From contig CBFHLG010000013.1 of NCBI GenBank assembly GCA_965656625.1, positions 2,549 through 66,548 on the forward strand: DNA of 64,000 nucleotides. Direction: 5' to 3'. The position numbers were made by a program, and so were the translations under genes. The notes beneath the pieces are model-generated. The model saw only the letters and a program-made list of their open reading frames with translations, was not told where the DNA came from and did no database searches. Within the stretch, counting starts at the first letter, position 1, and every line of letters begins with the position of its first letter. The stretch is from Candidatus Puniceispirillaceae bacterium. GTDB lineage: Bacteria > Pseudomonadota > Alphaproteobacteria > Puniceispirillales > Puniceispirillaceae. Of this stretch, positions 39,645 to 50,138 are shown piece after piece.

Positions 39645-41060
39645 ATGAACGGAACAGAGCCGTTGCCACGTTCACAACATACACCATCGCCAGATGATCA
39701 GATCCCGGGTAAGCAGACACTGGTGTCATCAGCAACCAGCGGTCTGAACGGCCGTATGGACGTCCCTGGCGATAAATCCATTTCTCACCGCTCGCTTATT
39801 CTGGCGGGTATGGCGATTGGCCAGACCCGCATTTCAGGCCTGTTGCGTGGTGAAGATGTGCTGTCCACACTGTCTGCCATGCGCCAGCTGGGCGTGCCGA
39901 TTACCGATAACACCGATTCAGGTGTGATTTGTGTTGACGGGGTGGGCACAGGCGGTTGTATCAGCCCTGAAGACCCGCTTGATCTGGGCAATGCTGGTAC
40001 CGGGGTCAGGCTGATTATGGGCGCGGTTGCCGGACAGCCGATAACAGCGACCTTCACCGGTGATGCATCATTGTCTGCACGGCCGATGAAACGGATTACA
40101 GACCCGCTCGCCCAGATGGGCGCCCAAATAGGCTATCTGCCCGAAAATGAAGATAAAGGCCTGCTGCCTGTGACTATAACAGGCGCGCGCCCGGTATTGC
40201 CGCTGGCCTATGCGCCTCGTGTCGCCTCAGCACAGATTAAATCAGCGATTATGCTGGCCGGTCTGAACGCCAGAGGGAACACAGTGGTTACTGAGCCCCA
40301 CATCTCGCGGGATCATTCAGAGAGCATGTTGCGGCATTTCGGGGTTGATGTTCAGCAGGAAATATTACCTGATGGCCGTCATCAGGTAACCCTGGCCGGC
40401 GAAGCCACCTTAACCGCAAAAGATATTCTGGTCCCGCGTGACCCGTCATCTGCTGCCTTTGCCATGGTGGCGGCCCTGATAACACCGGACAGTGACATTA
40501 TCCTGCCGGCTGTTGGCCTTAACCCCCAGCGTACCGGTCTTATTACCACCCTGATTGAGATGGGCGCCGATATCACCATTACTGATGAGCGCACAGAAGG
40601 CGGTGAGCCTGTCGGCGATATTGCTGTGCGCTCCAGCCAGCTGACCGGTATTGAGGTTCCTGCCGAACGGGCAGCGTCAATGATAGATGAATATCCGATT
40701 TTGTCTGTCGCCGCTGCCTGCGCAAAAGGGCGCACCTTCATGCCAGGCGTGGCCGAATTACGGGTAAAAGAAACCGACAGAATCGCGGTGATGGCAGAAG
40801 GGCTGAGAGCCTGCGGGGTGTCTGTTACAGAAACACCTGACAGCCTGACGGTTGAGGGCATGCCGGCAATTGCAGGCGGGGCAACCATCGCCTCGCAACA
40901 TGACCACCGCATCGCGATGTCCTTTCTTGTTCTTGGCATGGTTAGCCAGACACCTGTTACCGTTGTTGACACAGCAACGATCGCCACCAGTTTCCCGGAA
41001 TTTGCCGGTTTGATGAACAGCGTGGGTGCAGATATTCATGCACCAGAACCGCAAGGATAG
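39645..41060 (+). CDS. aroA: 3-phosphoshikimate 1-carboxyvinyltransferase (EPSP synthase)
   Basis: 471 aa. VPGDKSISHRSLILAGMA, LGNAGTGVRL, and KETDRIAVMAEGL motifs. Confidence 0.95.
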   Translation: MNGTEPLPRSQHTPSPDDQIPGKQTLVSSATSGLNGRMDVPGDKSISHRSLILAGMAIGQTRISGLLRGEDVLSTLSAMRQLGVPITDNTDSGVICVDGVGTGGCISPEDPLDLGNAGTGVRLIMGAVAGQPITATFTGDASLSARPMKRITDPLAQMGAQIGYLPENEDKGLLPVTITGARPVLPLAYAPRVASAQIKSAIMLAGLNARGNTVVTEPHISRDHSESMLRHFGVDVQQEILPDGRHQVTLAGEATLTAKDILVPRDPSSAAFAMVAALITPDSDIILPAVGLNPQRTGLITTLIEMGADITITDERTEGGEPVGDIAVRSSQLTGIEVPAERAASMIDEYPILSVAAACAKGRTFMPGVAELRVKETDRIAVMAEGLRACGVSVTETPDSLTVEGMPAIAGGATIASQHDHRIAMSFLVLGMVSQTPVTVVDTATIATSFPEFAGLMNSVGADIHAPEPQG

Positions 41061-41143
41061 ATAAGTCTATAAAACAACATCGAGCTTAACCAGAAGGCAG
41101 CAGAGCCCTAAAAAAGGGCCGTTGCCAAACAGAGGTATGATAC

Positions 41144-41785
41144 ATGATTATTGCCATTGACGGCACAGCCGCCTCAGGCAAAGGCACATTGGGCCGAACC
41201 TTGGCCATGCGGCTGGACCTTGATTATCTGGATACAGGAAAGCTGTATCGTGCGGTCGGCTATGCGGCGCTCGCATCGGGGCTGGAACTGGGGTCTGCCA
41301 ACCCGGAAGAGGTTGAGGCTATTGCCAGCAATCTTGATCTGTCCCAGCCGTTCGGGGCTGAGCTGCGCACCACGGATGTTGGTGAGGCCGCCTCCACAGT
41401 TGCCGCCCTTGCCGAGGTCAGGCAAGCCTTATTGCGCAAACAGCGTGATTTTGCCGAACACCCGCCACATGGCAAAGGGGCTGTTCTTGACGGGCGCGAT
41501 ATCGGCACGGTTGTGCTGCCAGACGCTGATGCGAAATTCTATGTTGATGCAGCAGCAGATATTCGCGCCAACAGACGCCATCTGGAACTGGTCGCCGCCG
41601 GTGAGGCGATAGAGTTTTCAGAAGTGCTGTCAGATCTGATTAAAAGAGACTGCCGTGATAAAAACCGCACAGTCGCCCCTTTAATTGCCGCTGATGATGC
41701 GTTTTTTATTGACTCTTCAACAAAGAATGCAGAAGAAGTGTTGGAACTTGCGTTGTCCTGCCTGCAGGATGCCAAGCTGGTATGA
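41144..41785 (+). CDS. cmk: (d)CMP kinase
   Basis: MIIAIDGTAASGKGTL P-loop, DTGKLYR, and DGRDIGTVV motifs. Confidence 0.94.
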   Translation: MIIAIDGTAASGKGTLGRTLAMRLDLDYLDTGKLYRAVGYAALASGLELGSANPEEVEAIASNLDLSQPFGAELRTTDVGEAASTVAALAEVRQALLRKQRDFAEHPPHGKGAVLDGRDIGTVVLPDADAKFYVDAAADIRANRRHLELVAAGEAIEFSEVLSDLIKRDCRDKNRTVAPLIAADDAFFIDSSTKNAEEVLELALSCLQDAKLV

Positions 41786-42020
41786 CGGGCCTTTGCCTCT
41801 GAACAGAGACCTGTCTTTTTGAAAACAATTAACGCTGGGTTATACGTCGCGTCAGACACACCCTTTAAAATAGCATGCTAAGGCCTTATACCCGCGCATG
41901 ACTTCAGAGCTATTTTCCCTGTTTCCAGCACAGGGACGCAGATGAAAAAAGCCTGTTACAACGATAGGCTCATCTCACCCGGTCATGGCGACCAGACTGA
42001 CGCTCTCACGGAGAAAACAT

Positions 42021-43742
42021 TTGTCTAATTCAACAGCCACAGAAGCGACTATGGAAAATTTTGCCGATCTTCTGGCCGAAAGCTTTGCTGAGGACACCGC
42101 CATTGAGGGCAGTGTCGTCAAAGGTCAGGTTGTCGATGTCACTGATGATTATGTGACCATCGATGTCGGCCTGAAATCAGAAGGGCGCGTGCCACTGCGT
42201 GAATTCGCTGCCCCTGGTCAAGACGCTGAAATCAAAACTGGTGACAGCGTTGAAGTTTATGTTGAGCGTATGGAAGACCGCGATGGTGCGGCAATGCTCA
42301 GCCGGGAAAAGGCCCGCCGCGAGGAAGCCTGGATTCTGCTGGAAAATGCCTTTGAAGCCCAGGAACGGGTTACCGGCGTTATCTTTGGCCGGGTCAAAGG
42401 CGGCTTTACGGTTGATCTGTCCGGGGCCACCGCGTTCCTGCCAGGCAGCCAGGTGGATATCCGCCCAATTCACGACATTGGCCCATTGATGGGTACACCG
42501 CAGCCGTTCCAGATTCTGAAAATTGACAGACGCCGCGGCAACATTGTTGTCTCCAGACGTGCGGTTCTGGAAGAATCACGCGCTGAAGCTCGCTCTGAGC
42601 TGGTCTCTAACCTGCAAGAAGGTCAGGTACTGCAGGGTGTGGTTAAAAACATCACTGATTACGGCGCGTTTGTTGATCTGGGCGGTGTTGACGGGCTGTT
42701 GCATGTCACCGACATTGCCTGGAAGCGGATCAACCATCCATCAGAAGCCCTTCAGGTTGGTCAGACTGTTGATGTTCAGGTCATCCGGTTCAATGCTGAA
42801 ACCCAGCGGATTTCATTGGGCATGAAGCAACTGCTGTCTGATCCATGGTCTGACGCGGCTGATAAATTTGTGATCGGCTCTAAGCTGACCGGCCGGGTCA
42901 CCAACATCACCGACTATGGCGCATTTGTTGAGCTGGATGAAGGTGTTGAAGGTCTGGTGCACGTCTCTGAGATGAGCTGGACAAAGAAGAATGTTCATCC
43001 AGGCAAGATCGTATCTACCAGCCAGCAAATCGAAGTTATGGTTCTGGATGTTGATCTGGTTAAGCGCCGGATTTCACTGGGTCTGAAACAGTGCACAGCC
43101 AACCCATGGGAAGAGTTCAAGGACACCTTCCAGGCTGGTGCTGAAATCGAAGGTGAGATCAGAAACATCACTGAGTTCGGTATTTTTGTTGGTCTGACTG
43201 AAGAGATTGACGGCCTTGTACATATGTCTGACATCTCTTGGGAAGAGACAGGTGAAGCGGCTCTGGAAGGCTACAACAAAGGCGACAAGATCAAAGCTAA
43301 GATCCTGGAAATCGACCTTGAAAAAGAGCGTATCTCTCTGGGCATCAAGCAGCTGAGCGATGATCCTTATGCTGGCGAGATTGACAAGGTGAAGAAGGGC
43401 ACAGTTGTGACCTGTACCATCACCGCGGTCACAGATGGCGGCCTTGAAGTTCGGGTTGGTGATAACCTGCCTGGCTTTATTCGCAAGTCCGATCTGTCAC
43501 GCGAACGCAGCGAGCAGAGAACAGAACGGTTTGCTGTTGATGAGAAAATCGATGCGATGGTCACACAGTTCGACAAGAAGTCACGCAACCTGACCTTGTC
43601 CATCAAGGCCCGTGAAATCGATGAAGAAAAGCGGGCGATGGCCGATTACGGCTCATCAGACAGCGGGGCCAGCCTGGGTGACATCCTGGGCGCAGCGCTG
43701 GCGAAAAAAGAGGATGACACAACCTCTGGCTCTGACAGCTAA
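42021..43742 (+). CDS. rpsA: 30S ribosomal protein S1
   Basis: Six S1/OB repeats (for example GQVLQGVVKNITDYGAFVDLGGVDGLLHV). The start is most likely TTG 42021, 7 nt after GGAG. ATG 42051 and ATG 41985 are alternatives without an SD. Confidence 0.93.
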   Translation: MSNSTATEATMENFADLLAESFAEDTAIEGSVVKGQVVDVTDDYVTIDVGLKSEGRVPLREFAAPGQDAEIKTGDSVEVYVERMEDRDGAAMLSREKARREEAWILLENAFEAQERVTGVIFGRVKGGFTVDLSGATAFLPGSQVDIRPIHDIGPLMGTPQPFQILKIDRRRGNIVVSRRAVLEESRAEARSELVSNLQEGQVLQGVVKNITDYGAFVDLGGVDGLLHVTDIAWKRINHPSEALQVGQTVDVQVIRFNAETQRISLGMKQLLSDPWSDAADKFVIGSKLTGRVTNITDYGAFVELDEGVEGLVHVSEMSWTKKNVHPGKIVSTSQQIEVMVLDVDLVKRRISLGLKQCTANPWEEFKDTFQAGAEIEGEIRNITEFGIFVGLTEEIDGLVHMSDISWEETGEAALEGYNKGDKIKAKILEIDLEKERISLGIKQLSDDPYAGEIDKVKKGTVVTCTITAVTDGGLEVRVGDNLPGFIRKSDLSRERSEQRTERFAVDEKIDAMVTQFDKKSRNLTLSIKAREIDEEKRAMADYGSSDSGASLGDILGAALAKKEDDTTSGSDS

Positions 43743-43782
43743 GCCTGTTGGCATAAGTCGGCCATAACCGGCCAATCATATC

Positions 43783-43823
43783 AACGCCCCGTCTGGCCTG
43801 TGCCGGCGGGGCGTTCATTTTAT
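43783..43823 (+). terminator. Rho-independent terminator of rpsA
   Basis: AACGCCCCG / CGGGGCGTT 9-bp stem (43783-43791 / 43807-43815), followed by CATTTTAT. Confidence 0.6.
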
Positions 43824-43906
43824 GCAATAACAGACAGATAGCTTGACGATGGCTTCAGAAACGGTCATGCTTTGACGAGGTTACAGGATTTATAAGGTGA
43901 GCGCGC

Positions 43907-44185
43907 ATGACTAAATCTGAGTTGATCGCCCGTCTGGCAGAGCAAAACCCCTCCCTGTACCACCGTGATCTTGAACATCTGGTGAACACCGTCTTTGAGA
44001 CGATTACACAGGCTCTGGAAAATGGTGACCGCGTAGAACTCAGAGGGTTCGGTGCGTTTTCGGTTCGTGAACGCAAAGCCAGAATGGGTCGTAACCCGCG
44101 CACTGGCGAGGCGGTGAATGTCGATGCAAAGCGTATGCCCTTTTTCAAAATGGGAAAAGGCATGCGCGAACGGCTAAACAAGTAA
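43907..44185 (+). CDS. ihfB: Integration host factor beta subunit
   Basis: [15 protein letters not shown]...[28 protein letters not shown] is canonical IHF-beta/HU-fold sequence. Confidence 0.95.
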   Translation: MTKSELIARLAEQNPSLYHRDLEHLVNTVFETITQALENGDRVELRGFGAFSVRERKARMGRNPRTGEAVNVDAKRMPFFKMGKGMRERLNK

Positions 44186-44219
44186 ACAGGTCTGCTCTGC
44201 CAAATTGTTAAGGAGCGTT

Positions 44220-44555
44220 ATGATGCGCTTCATCTCCCGTCTCGGCTGGATTGCTTTATTGAGTCTCACGGTTGTCTTTCTGGCCGGATTCGTTACCACA
44301 AATAATACCCAGATTACGGTTCTGTTCTGGCCCGCCCGCCTGGTCGCTGAAGGCGAGGTGTGGATGTTTGTGCTCGGCGCGTTCGGGGCCGGGACAGTTG
44401 CCGGCGCGTTGATTTTCTGGCTACACTGCCTCAGCCTGCGAGCCCGCCTCTGGTCAAAGGCCCGGCGGATTGCTGAGCTGGAATCCCAGATCGAAAAATC
44501 GGTACAAAGTGAGGATGACAACCGCCTGCCTGACCGTTATGGTCAGTCTGTCTGA
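44220..44555 (+). CDS. LapA-domain (DUF1049) inner-membrane protein
   Basis: ATG after AAGGAG. Two TM helices, then a basic/coiled C-terminal region (LRARLWSKARRIAELESQIEK). It holds the conserved position downstream of ihfB. Confidence 0.75.
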   Translation: MMRFISRLGWIALLSLTVVFLAGFVTTNNTQITVLFWPARLVAEGEVWMFVLGAFGAGTVAGALIFWLHCLSLRARLWSKARRIAELESQIEKSVQSEDDNRLPDRYGQSV

Positions 44556-44642
44556 GCCGTGGCGCGCTATCCGGCCAGACAAGCACAAACTTGTTCACAC
44601 AATGAAATGCGCCGCCTCTATCGGTTATGAGCCAGTTGAGAC

Positions 44643-45317
44643 ATGACAGCAGCTGTTAAAATCTGCGGTATCCGCAGCCTGGATATCTACCACCATTGCG
44701 CTGAGCTGGGTGTTGACTGGGTTGGCTTCGTGTTTTTTGCCGCCTCACCGCGGCATCTGTCGCTGGCTGAAGCCCGCGATTTGGCGGCTCAGGCCGATCG
44801 CGAGATTGACCCGCACCGGCGTCCGCGCCGTGTGGTTTTATGTGTTGATGCCAGCGATGATGAGCTGGCCGATTTCATTGCCGCCGCGCGCCCGGATATG
44901 CTGCAACTTCATGGCAGCGAGACCGCCGTGCGCGTCCGTGAAATCAAGGCAAAATTCTCCCTGCCGGTGATGCCGGTCATCAAGGTGGCCAGCCAGGCAG
45001 ATGTTGAACAGGCGGCTGGGTTTGCAGATTGTGCAGACTGGGTGTTGTTTGACGCCGCCCCGCATGCCGCCGAAGACACAGACGGGCCCGCCCTGCCCGG
45101 TGGTATGGGCCAATCTTTTGACTGGCGGTATCTGGCAGAGGTGAAGCTGCCGGTGCCGTTCATGCTGGCCGGCGGGCTGATAGCTGATAATGTTGCTGAG
45201 GCGGTCAGCCTCACCAATGCGCCTTGTGTTGATGTTTCCTCCGGGGTGGAAAAAAACCGCGGTGAAAAGAGCAAATCGGCTATCTCTGCCTTTGTGAAAG
45301 CGGCAAAATTCGGGTAA
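44643..45317 (+). CDS. trpF: Phosphoribosylanthranilate isomerase
   Basis: VKICGIRS... N-terminus, LQLHGSE, and DVSSGVE motifs. It sits upstream of trpB-trpA. Confidence 0.92.
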   Translation: MTAAVKICGIRSLDIYHHCAELGVDWVGFVFFAASPRHLSLAEARDLAAQADREIDPHRRPRRVVLCVDASDDELADFIAAARPDMLQLHGSETAVRVREIKAKFSLPVMPVIKVASQADVEQAAGFADCADWVLFDAAPHAAEDTDGPALPGGMGQSFDWRYLAEVKLPVPFMLAGGLIADNVAEAVSLTNAPCVDVSSGVEKNRGEKSKSAISAFVKAAKFG

Positions 45318-45387
45318 GGTGACGCTCGGCGGTACCGGCAACCGGATTTCGCGCCCGAAAAGGCGCCACAGACAATAGAGAGACGAC

Positions 45388-46611
45388 ATGGGCGAAACTG
45401 CACCCAATTCATATAAAACCCTGCCAGATGAAGCTGGCCGTTTTGGCATTCATGGCGGCCGGTTTGTTGCTGAAACGCTGATGCCTCTGATTCTTGAGGT
45501 GGAAAAGGCCTATTACACCGCCAAGTCAGACCCCAGCTTTGAATCAGAATTGCTGTATTATCAGAAACATTATATCGGTCGTCCCTCGCCGCTGTATTTT
45601 GCGTCTCGCCTGACCGAACATTTCGGCGGGGCAAAGCTGTATCTTAAACGCGATGAGCTGAACCACACCGGCGCGCATAAGATCAATAATGTGCTGGGCC
45701 AGGCGCTGCTAGCAAAACGGATGGGCAAAACCAAGATAATTGCTGAAACCGGCGCCGGCCAGCATGGCGTGGCCACCGCCACCGCCTGCGCGCTGTTCAA
45801 TCTGGAGTGTGAAGTGTTCATGGGCGCAGAAGATGTGCGCCGGCAAAAGCCAAATGTTGATCGGATGCGCTTGCTGGGCGCGAAAGTCCACCCGGTCACG
45901 TCCGGCACGTCTACCTTGAAAGACGCAATGAATGAAGCGCTTCGCTATTGGGTCGCCAACCCGGAAACCCATTTCTATATCATCGGCACAGTGGCCGGCC
46001 CGCATCCCTACCCAGAGATGGTGCGTGATTTCCAGTCTGTTATCGGCAATGAAACCAAAGAGCAAATAGCCGAGGCTGAAGGACGCCTGCCAGATGCCCT
46101 TATCGCTTGTATTGGCGGCGGGTCAAACGCGATGGGCCTGTTCCACCCGTTTCTGGATGATGAGGATGTGGACATCTATGGTGTGGAAGCGGCCGGACAT
46201 GGCATTGACACAGGCGAACATGCCGCCAGCCTGACCGGCGGCCGCCCGGGCGTATTGCATGGCAACAGAACTTATCTTCTGCAGACAGATGAAGGCCAGA
46301 TCAAAGACGCCCACTCGATTTCAGCCGGACTTGATTACCCGGGCATCGGCCCTGAACATGCCTGGCTTCATGATATTGGCCGGGTCAATTATGTCAGCGC
46401 GACAGATGAAGACGCCCTGCAGATGTTCCATTTGTGTTCACGCTTGGAGGGGATTATTCCGGCTCTGGAACCCTCACATGCGCTCGCTTTCGCCTCAACC
46501 TTCCTGCCCACGCTCAGCAAAGACAAGGTTGTCGTACTGAATATGTGCGGGCGCGGAGATAAAGATTTGGAAGCCGTGCTGCCGATGCTGGACGCCCGGG
46601 GTATGTTGTAA
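45388..46611 (+). CDS. trpB: Tryptophan synthase beta chain
   Basis: [19 protein letters not shown]-lysine motif [11 protein letters not shown], and GGGSNAMG. Confidence 0.97.
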   Translation: MGETAPNSYKTLPDEAGRFGIHGGRFVAETLMPLILEVEKAYYTAKSDPSFESELLYYQKHYIGRPSPLYFASRLTEHFGGAKLYLKRDELNHTGAHKINNVLGQALLAKRMGKTKIIAETGAGQHGVATATACALFNLECEVFMGAEDVRRQKPNVDRMRLLGAKVHPVTSGTSTLKDAMNEALRYWVANPETHFYIIGTVAGPHPYPEMVRDFQSVIGNETKEQIAEAEGRLPDALIACIGGGSNAMGLFHPFLDDEDVDIYGVEAAGHGIDTGEHAASLTGGRPGVLHGNRTYLLQTDEGQIKDAHSISAGLDYPGIGPEHAWLHDIGRVNYVSATDEDALQMFHLCSRLEGIIPALEPSHALAFASTFLPTLSKDKVVVLNMCGRGDKDLEAVLPMLDARGML

Positions 46612-46639
46612 GGTCGCAAAGAACAGGACTTTTTAGAAC

Positions 46640-47461
46640 ATGAGCAATCGTATTTCACAGTGTTTTGAGCGCGCCAAACTAGATGACCGGGCGGTTCTGG
46701 GGATTTTTGTTTCTGCCGGCGATCCATCCGAACAGGCCTCTGCTGCCATTTTGGACAGTCTGGTTGAAAACGGAGCCGATTTCATTGAACTGGGCATGCC
46801 GTTTTCTGACCCGATGGCCGATGGCCCGGCGATTCAGGCCGCCAGCCTGCGCGCTATTAAACAAGGCATGACCCTGCAAGGCACGTTGGATATGGCGGCG
46901 GCGTTTCGAGCCCGTCACCCGGACACGCCGCTTATCCTGATGGGCTATTACAACCCGATTTATATGTATGGGACAGACGCCTTTATCGCCGCCGCGCTGA
47001 AGGCTGGGGTGGACGGGCTTATCATTGTTGACCTGCCACCAGAAGAAGATGGTGAGCTATGTGACGATGCGCGCACCGCGGGCCTTGATTTCATCCGTCT
47101 GGTGACCCCGACAACTCTGGGTGACCGCCTGCCGGTGGTATTGGAAAAGGCCGGCGGCTTCGTGTATTATGTAGCGATCGCCGGTATCACCGGAACCAAG
47201 AGCGCGGCAACAGATACAATTGAAGCTGCGTTCAAGCGGATACGTCAGGAAACAAACCTTCCGGCGGTCACCGGCTTTGGCATCAGAACAGCAGAACAAG
47301 CTGGTGAGGTTGCCAAAATAGCAGATGGTGTTGTGGTTGGCTCTGCTGTGGTCTCTATCATTGAGCAGGCCTGTGCCGACAAAACACCAGATACAGATGA
47401 GCTGGCCGCCGCCGTTGGCAGCTATTGCCGCAGCTTGTCAGAAGCCATGAAGCGGTCATAA
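46640..47461 (+). CDS. trpA: Tryptophan synthase alpha chain
   Basis: IELGMPFSDPMADGPAIQ and GFGI motifs. 273 aa. Confidence 0.95.
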   Translation: MSNRISQCFERAKLDDRAVLGIFVSAGDPSEQASAAILDSLVENGADFIELGMPFSDPMADGPAIQAASLRAIKQGMTLQGTLDMAAAFRARHPDTPLILMGYYNPIYMYGTDAFIAAALKAGVDGLIIVDLPPEEDGELCDDARTAGLDFIRLVTPTTLGDRLPVVLEKAGGFVYYVAIAGITGTKSAATDTIEAAFKRIRQETNLPAVTGFGIRTAEQAGEVAKIADGVVVGSAVVSIIEQACADKTPDTDELAAAVGSYCRSLSEAMKRS

Positions 47462-47500
47462 TAGACCCACAGCAGACCGACGATAAATGAGGGCAAAGAC

Positions 47501-48367
47501 ATGAACTGGATTACAAATTCTGTATTGCCGAAGATCAAGGCTCTGGTGCAGTCAAATGACGTACCGGATAATTTATGGGTGAAATGTCCATCTTGTAACC
47601 AGATGCTGTTTCATCAGGATTATGAACAGGCCTTTCATTGCTGTTCAACATGCGGACACCACGCCCCGCTGCCACCAGCATTGCGCTTCAAGCTTTTATT
47701 TGATGCCGACAGCTATCAGCAGATAGATGTTGAAGTGTCAGCAGATGACCCGTTAAAGTTCAAGGACAGCAAGCGGTATCCGGACCGGCTGAAGGCCACC
47801 CGCTCAAAGACAGGCACACAAGATGCGATAGCGGTGGCGATGGGCACAGTCCAAGGCATCAAAACGGTTGTGGCCGCCTTTGATTTCAGATTTATGGGCG
47901 GGTCAATGGGCCGGACTGTCGGGGACGGGCTGCTGAAGGCTGCGCAAACTGCTGTCGCTGAAGGCGCTGCGCTGATTGTTGTGCCGTCATCAGGCGGCGC
48001 GCGGATGCAGGAAGGCATTTTATCGCTGATGCAATTGCCGCGGTCTATCATTGCTGTGGATCAGTTGAAAGCCGCTGGCCTGCCCTATATCGTGCTGCTG
48101 ACCCATCCGACTACAGGCGGCGTCACGGCCTCATTTGCGATGCTGGGGGATATTCAGCTGGCTGAACCAGGCGCGATTATCGGCTTTGCCGGCCGGCGGG
48201 TTATTGAAGAGACAGTGCGCGAAAAGCTGCCTGATGATTTCCAGACGGCCGAATATCTGCAAGATCATGGCATGATCGATATGGTTATTCCGCGCAGTGA
48301 ACAGCGTGAAAAGCTGGGCTCTGTTCTGGCCATGCTGATGAACAGACCCGCCGCGCACGCCATCTGA
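47501..48367 (+). CDS. accD: Acetyl-CoA carboxylase carboxyltransferase beta subunit
   Basis: N-terminal Zn ribbon (CPSCNQ...CSTCGHH) and a carboxyltransferase domain (FMGGSMG). Confidence 0.95.
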   Translation: MNWITNSVLPKIKALVQSNDVPDNLWVKCPSCNQMLFHQDYEQAFHCCSTCGHHAPLPPALRFKLLFDADSYQQIDVEVSADDPLKFKDSKRYPDRLKATRSKTGTQDAIAVAMGTVQGIKTVVAAFDFRFMGGSMGRTVGDGLLKAAQTAVAEGAALIVVPSSGGARMQEGILSLMQLPRSIIAVDQLKAAGLPYIVLLTHPTTGGVTASFAMLGDIQLAEPGAIIGFAGRRVIEETVREKLPDDFQTAEYLQDHGMIDMVIPRSEQREKLGSVLAMLMNRPAAHAI

Positions 48368-48393
48368 AGCGCCCTCAGAAGCTTTCCGCCTTT

Positions 48394-49713
48394 ATGATGC
48401 CTGTTCAGCCTGACCACACCGCAACTCTGCTGGACAGACTAACAAAGCTGCATCCAAAGCTGATCGATTTAGGCCTGGAGCGAACCATCCAGCTCAGTGA
48501 GGCCTGCGGCGCGCCTCATAGACACCTGCCGCCTGTCATCCATATTGCCGGTACCAATGGGAAAGGGTCTGTTTCTGCTTTCCTGCGCAGCATGGCCGAA
48601 GCGGCCGGCCTGTCTGTGCATGTCTATAACTCGCCTCACTTATGCCGCTTTAATGAGCGTATACGCCTGAACGGCCATCTGATTTCAGATGCTGAGCTGG
48701 TTGACGTGTTGAGCGAGATCGAAAAGGTCAATGCCGGTCACCCGATTACCTTTTTTGAATCCACCACTGTGGCCGCATTTCTGGCCTTTGCGCGGCATCC
48801 GGCGGATCTTCTCATCCTGGAGACCGGTCTTGGCGGGCTGTTTGATTCAACCAACATTATTGATGAGACCGCCTGCAGTGTCATTACCCCTATTGCCTTT
48901 GACCATGAACAGTTTCTGGGCCGGGATATTGCCACCATTGCCCGCCAGAAGGCTGGCATTATGCGCACCGGCAAGCCTTCTGTCTGGGCGGCACAGGACA
49001 CGCTGGCCCGGGCAGAACTCAGGCGCTGTGCAGACCAGCTCGGGAGTGAGGTATATGAGCAGGGCACAGATTTTCATATTACCAGAACTGAGGCAGGCGG
49101 GCTTATCCTGAAGACCGGGGGGCAGCAGATCAGCACGCCGCCGCTTAGCCTGCATGGCGCGCATCAGACCCAGAACGCCGCGCTGGCGCTGATGGCCCTT
49201 AAGGCCAGCCAGCTGGTCCCTGATCTGGACAAAGCGGCCGCCGGCGCCAGCACAGCAATCTGGCCCGCCCGTGTCCAGCGATTGCCAGAGGGTGAGTTAA
49301 CCCGGCGTGCAGGCCGGCCTATTTGGCTGGACGGGGCGCATAATGTGCATGGGGCAGAAGCACTAAAGGCCAGCCTTAGTGAGCTTGATAAGCGCAAATG
49401 GACGGTTATTTTTGGCGCGCTGAACACACGGCCAGCAGATGAATTTCTGTCTGTGATCAAGCCAGTGGCGGACCGCGTTCATTGTGTAACCATCCCGGAT
49501 CAGCCCGCCGCATTAACCGCGGATGAACTGGCCAGCCTTGCTGGAAAAGTGGGTCTGAAGGCCGCTACATCCCCAAGTCTTCAGGCTGCCTGCACAGCCA
49601 TTGCCGAACAAGGGGCCAAACAAGGGGGCGATGATGACAGGCCGGTGGTTATTTGCGGCTCGCTCTATCTGGCAGGTGAGGTTCTGCGCGCAAACAACAC
49701 CCTGCCTGACTGA
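48394..49713 (+). CDS. folC: Bifunctional folylpolyglutamate synthase / dihydrofolate synthase
   Basis: P-loop HIAGTNGKGS and Mur-ligase middle and C-terminal domains. It holds the conserved position after accD. Confidence 0.92.
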   Translation: MMPVQPDHTATLLDRLTKLHPKLIDLGLERTIQLSEACGAPHRHLPPVIHIAGTNGKGSVSAFLRSMAEAAGLSVHVYNSPHLCRFNERIRLNGHLISDAELVDVLSEIEKVNAGHPITFFESTTVAAFLAFARHPADLLILETGLGGLFDSTNIIDETACSVITPIAFDHEQFLGRDIATIARQKAGIMRTGKPSVWAAQDTLARAELRRCADQLGSEVYEQGTDFHITRTEAGGLILKTGGQQISTPPLSLHGAHQTQNAALALMALKASQLVPDLDKAAAGASTAIWPARVQRLPEGELTRRAGRPIWLDGAHNVHGAEALKASLSELDKRKWTVIFGALNTRPADEFLSVIKPVADRVHCVTIPDQPAALTADELASLAGKVGLKAATSPSLQAACTAIAEQGAKQGGDDDRPVVICGSLYLAGEVLRANNTLPD

Positions 49714-49716
49714 GGG

Positions 49717-50037
49717 TCAAAGGTTATCTGATACCCACTGCTCAAGTGCTGATTTTGGCATCGCGCCGATTTTCTCGGCCACCATCTCGCCATTCTTGAA
49801 GATCAACAGCGTGGGAATACCCCGCACATTATAGGCCTGAGGTGTTTCAGGGTTTTCGTCAATGTTCAGCTTGGCAATTGTGATCTGGCCAGCGTGAGAG
49901 TCGGCAATTTCTTCCAGAGCCGGGCCAATCGCCTTGCAGGGACCACACCATTCAGCCCAGAAATCAACCAGAACAGGCTTGTCTGCTCCAAGAACATCGG
50001 TCTGAAAATCGGCATCTGTTGTCTTGATTGTCGGCAT
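49717..50037 (-). CDS. trxA: Thioredoxin
   Basis: [16 protein letters not shown]...[12 protein letters not shown], 106 aa. The start is taken at the ATG after GAGGAG; the longer track ORF is an upstream read-through. Confidence 0.95.
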   Translation of the reverse strand: MPTIKTTDADFQTDVLGADKPVLVDFWAEWCGPCKAIGPALEEIADSHAGQITIAKLNIDENPETPQAYNVRGIPTLLIFKNGEMVAEKIGAMPKSALEQWVSDNL

Positions 50038-50089
50038 GAATCCCTCGCTCCTCTGTATCTGAACGCTGTACTGAAACAGCCCTGCTGGC

Positions 50090-50118
50090 AGTGTACGAAC
50101 TGGCGCCCTCCAAATCAA
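50090..50118 (-). promoter_or_regulatory. Candidate sigma70 promoter for trxA
   Basis: On the minus strand: TTGATT (50118..50113), 17 nt, TACACT (50095..50090), about 50 nt upstream of the trxA ATG. Confidence 0.4.
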
Positions 50119-50138
50119 GATGATTAACAGGGCAGAGG

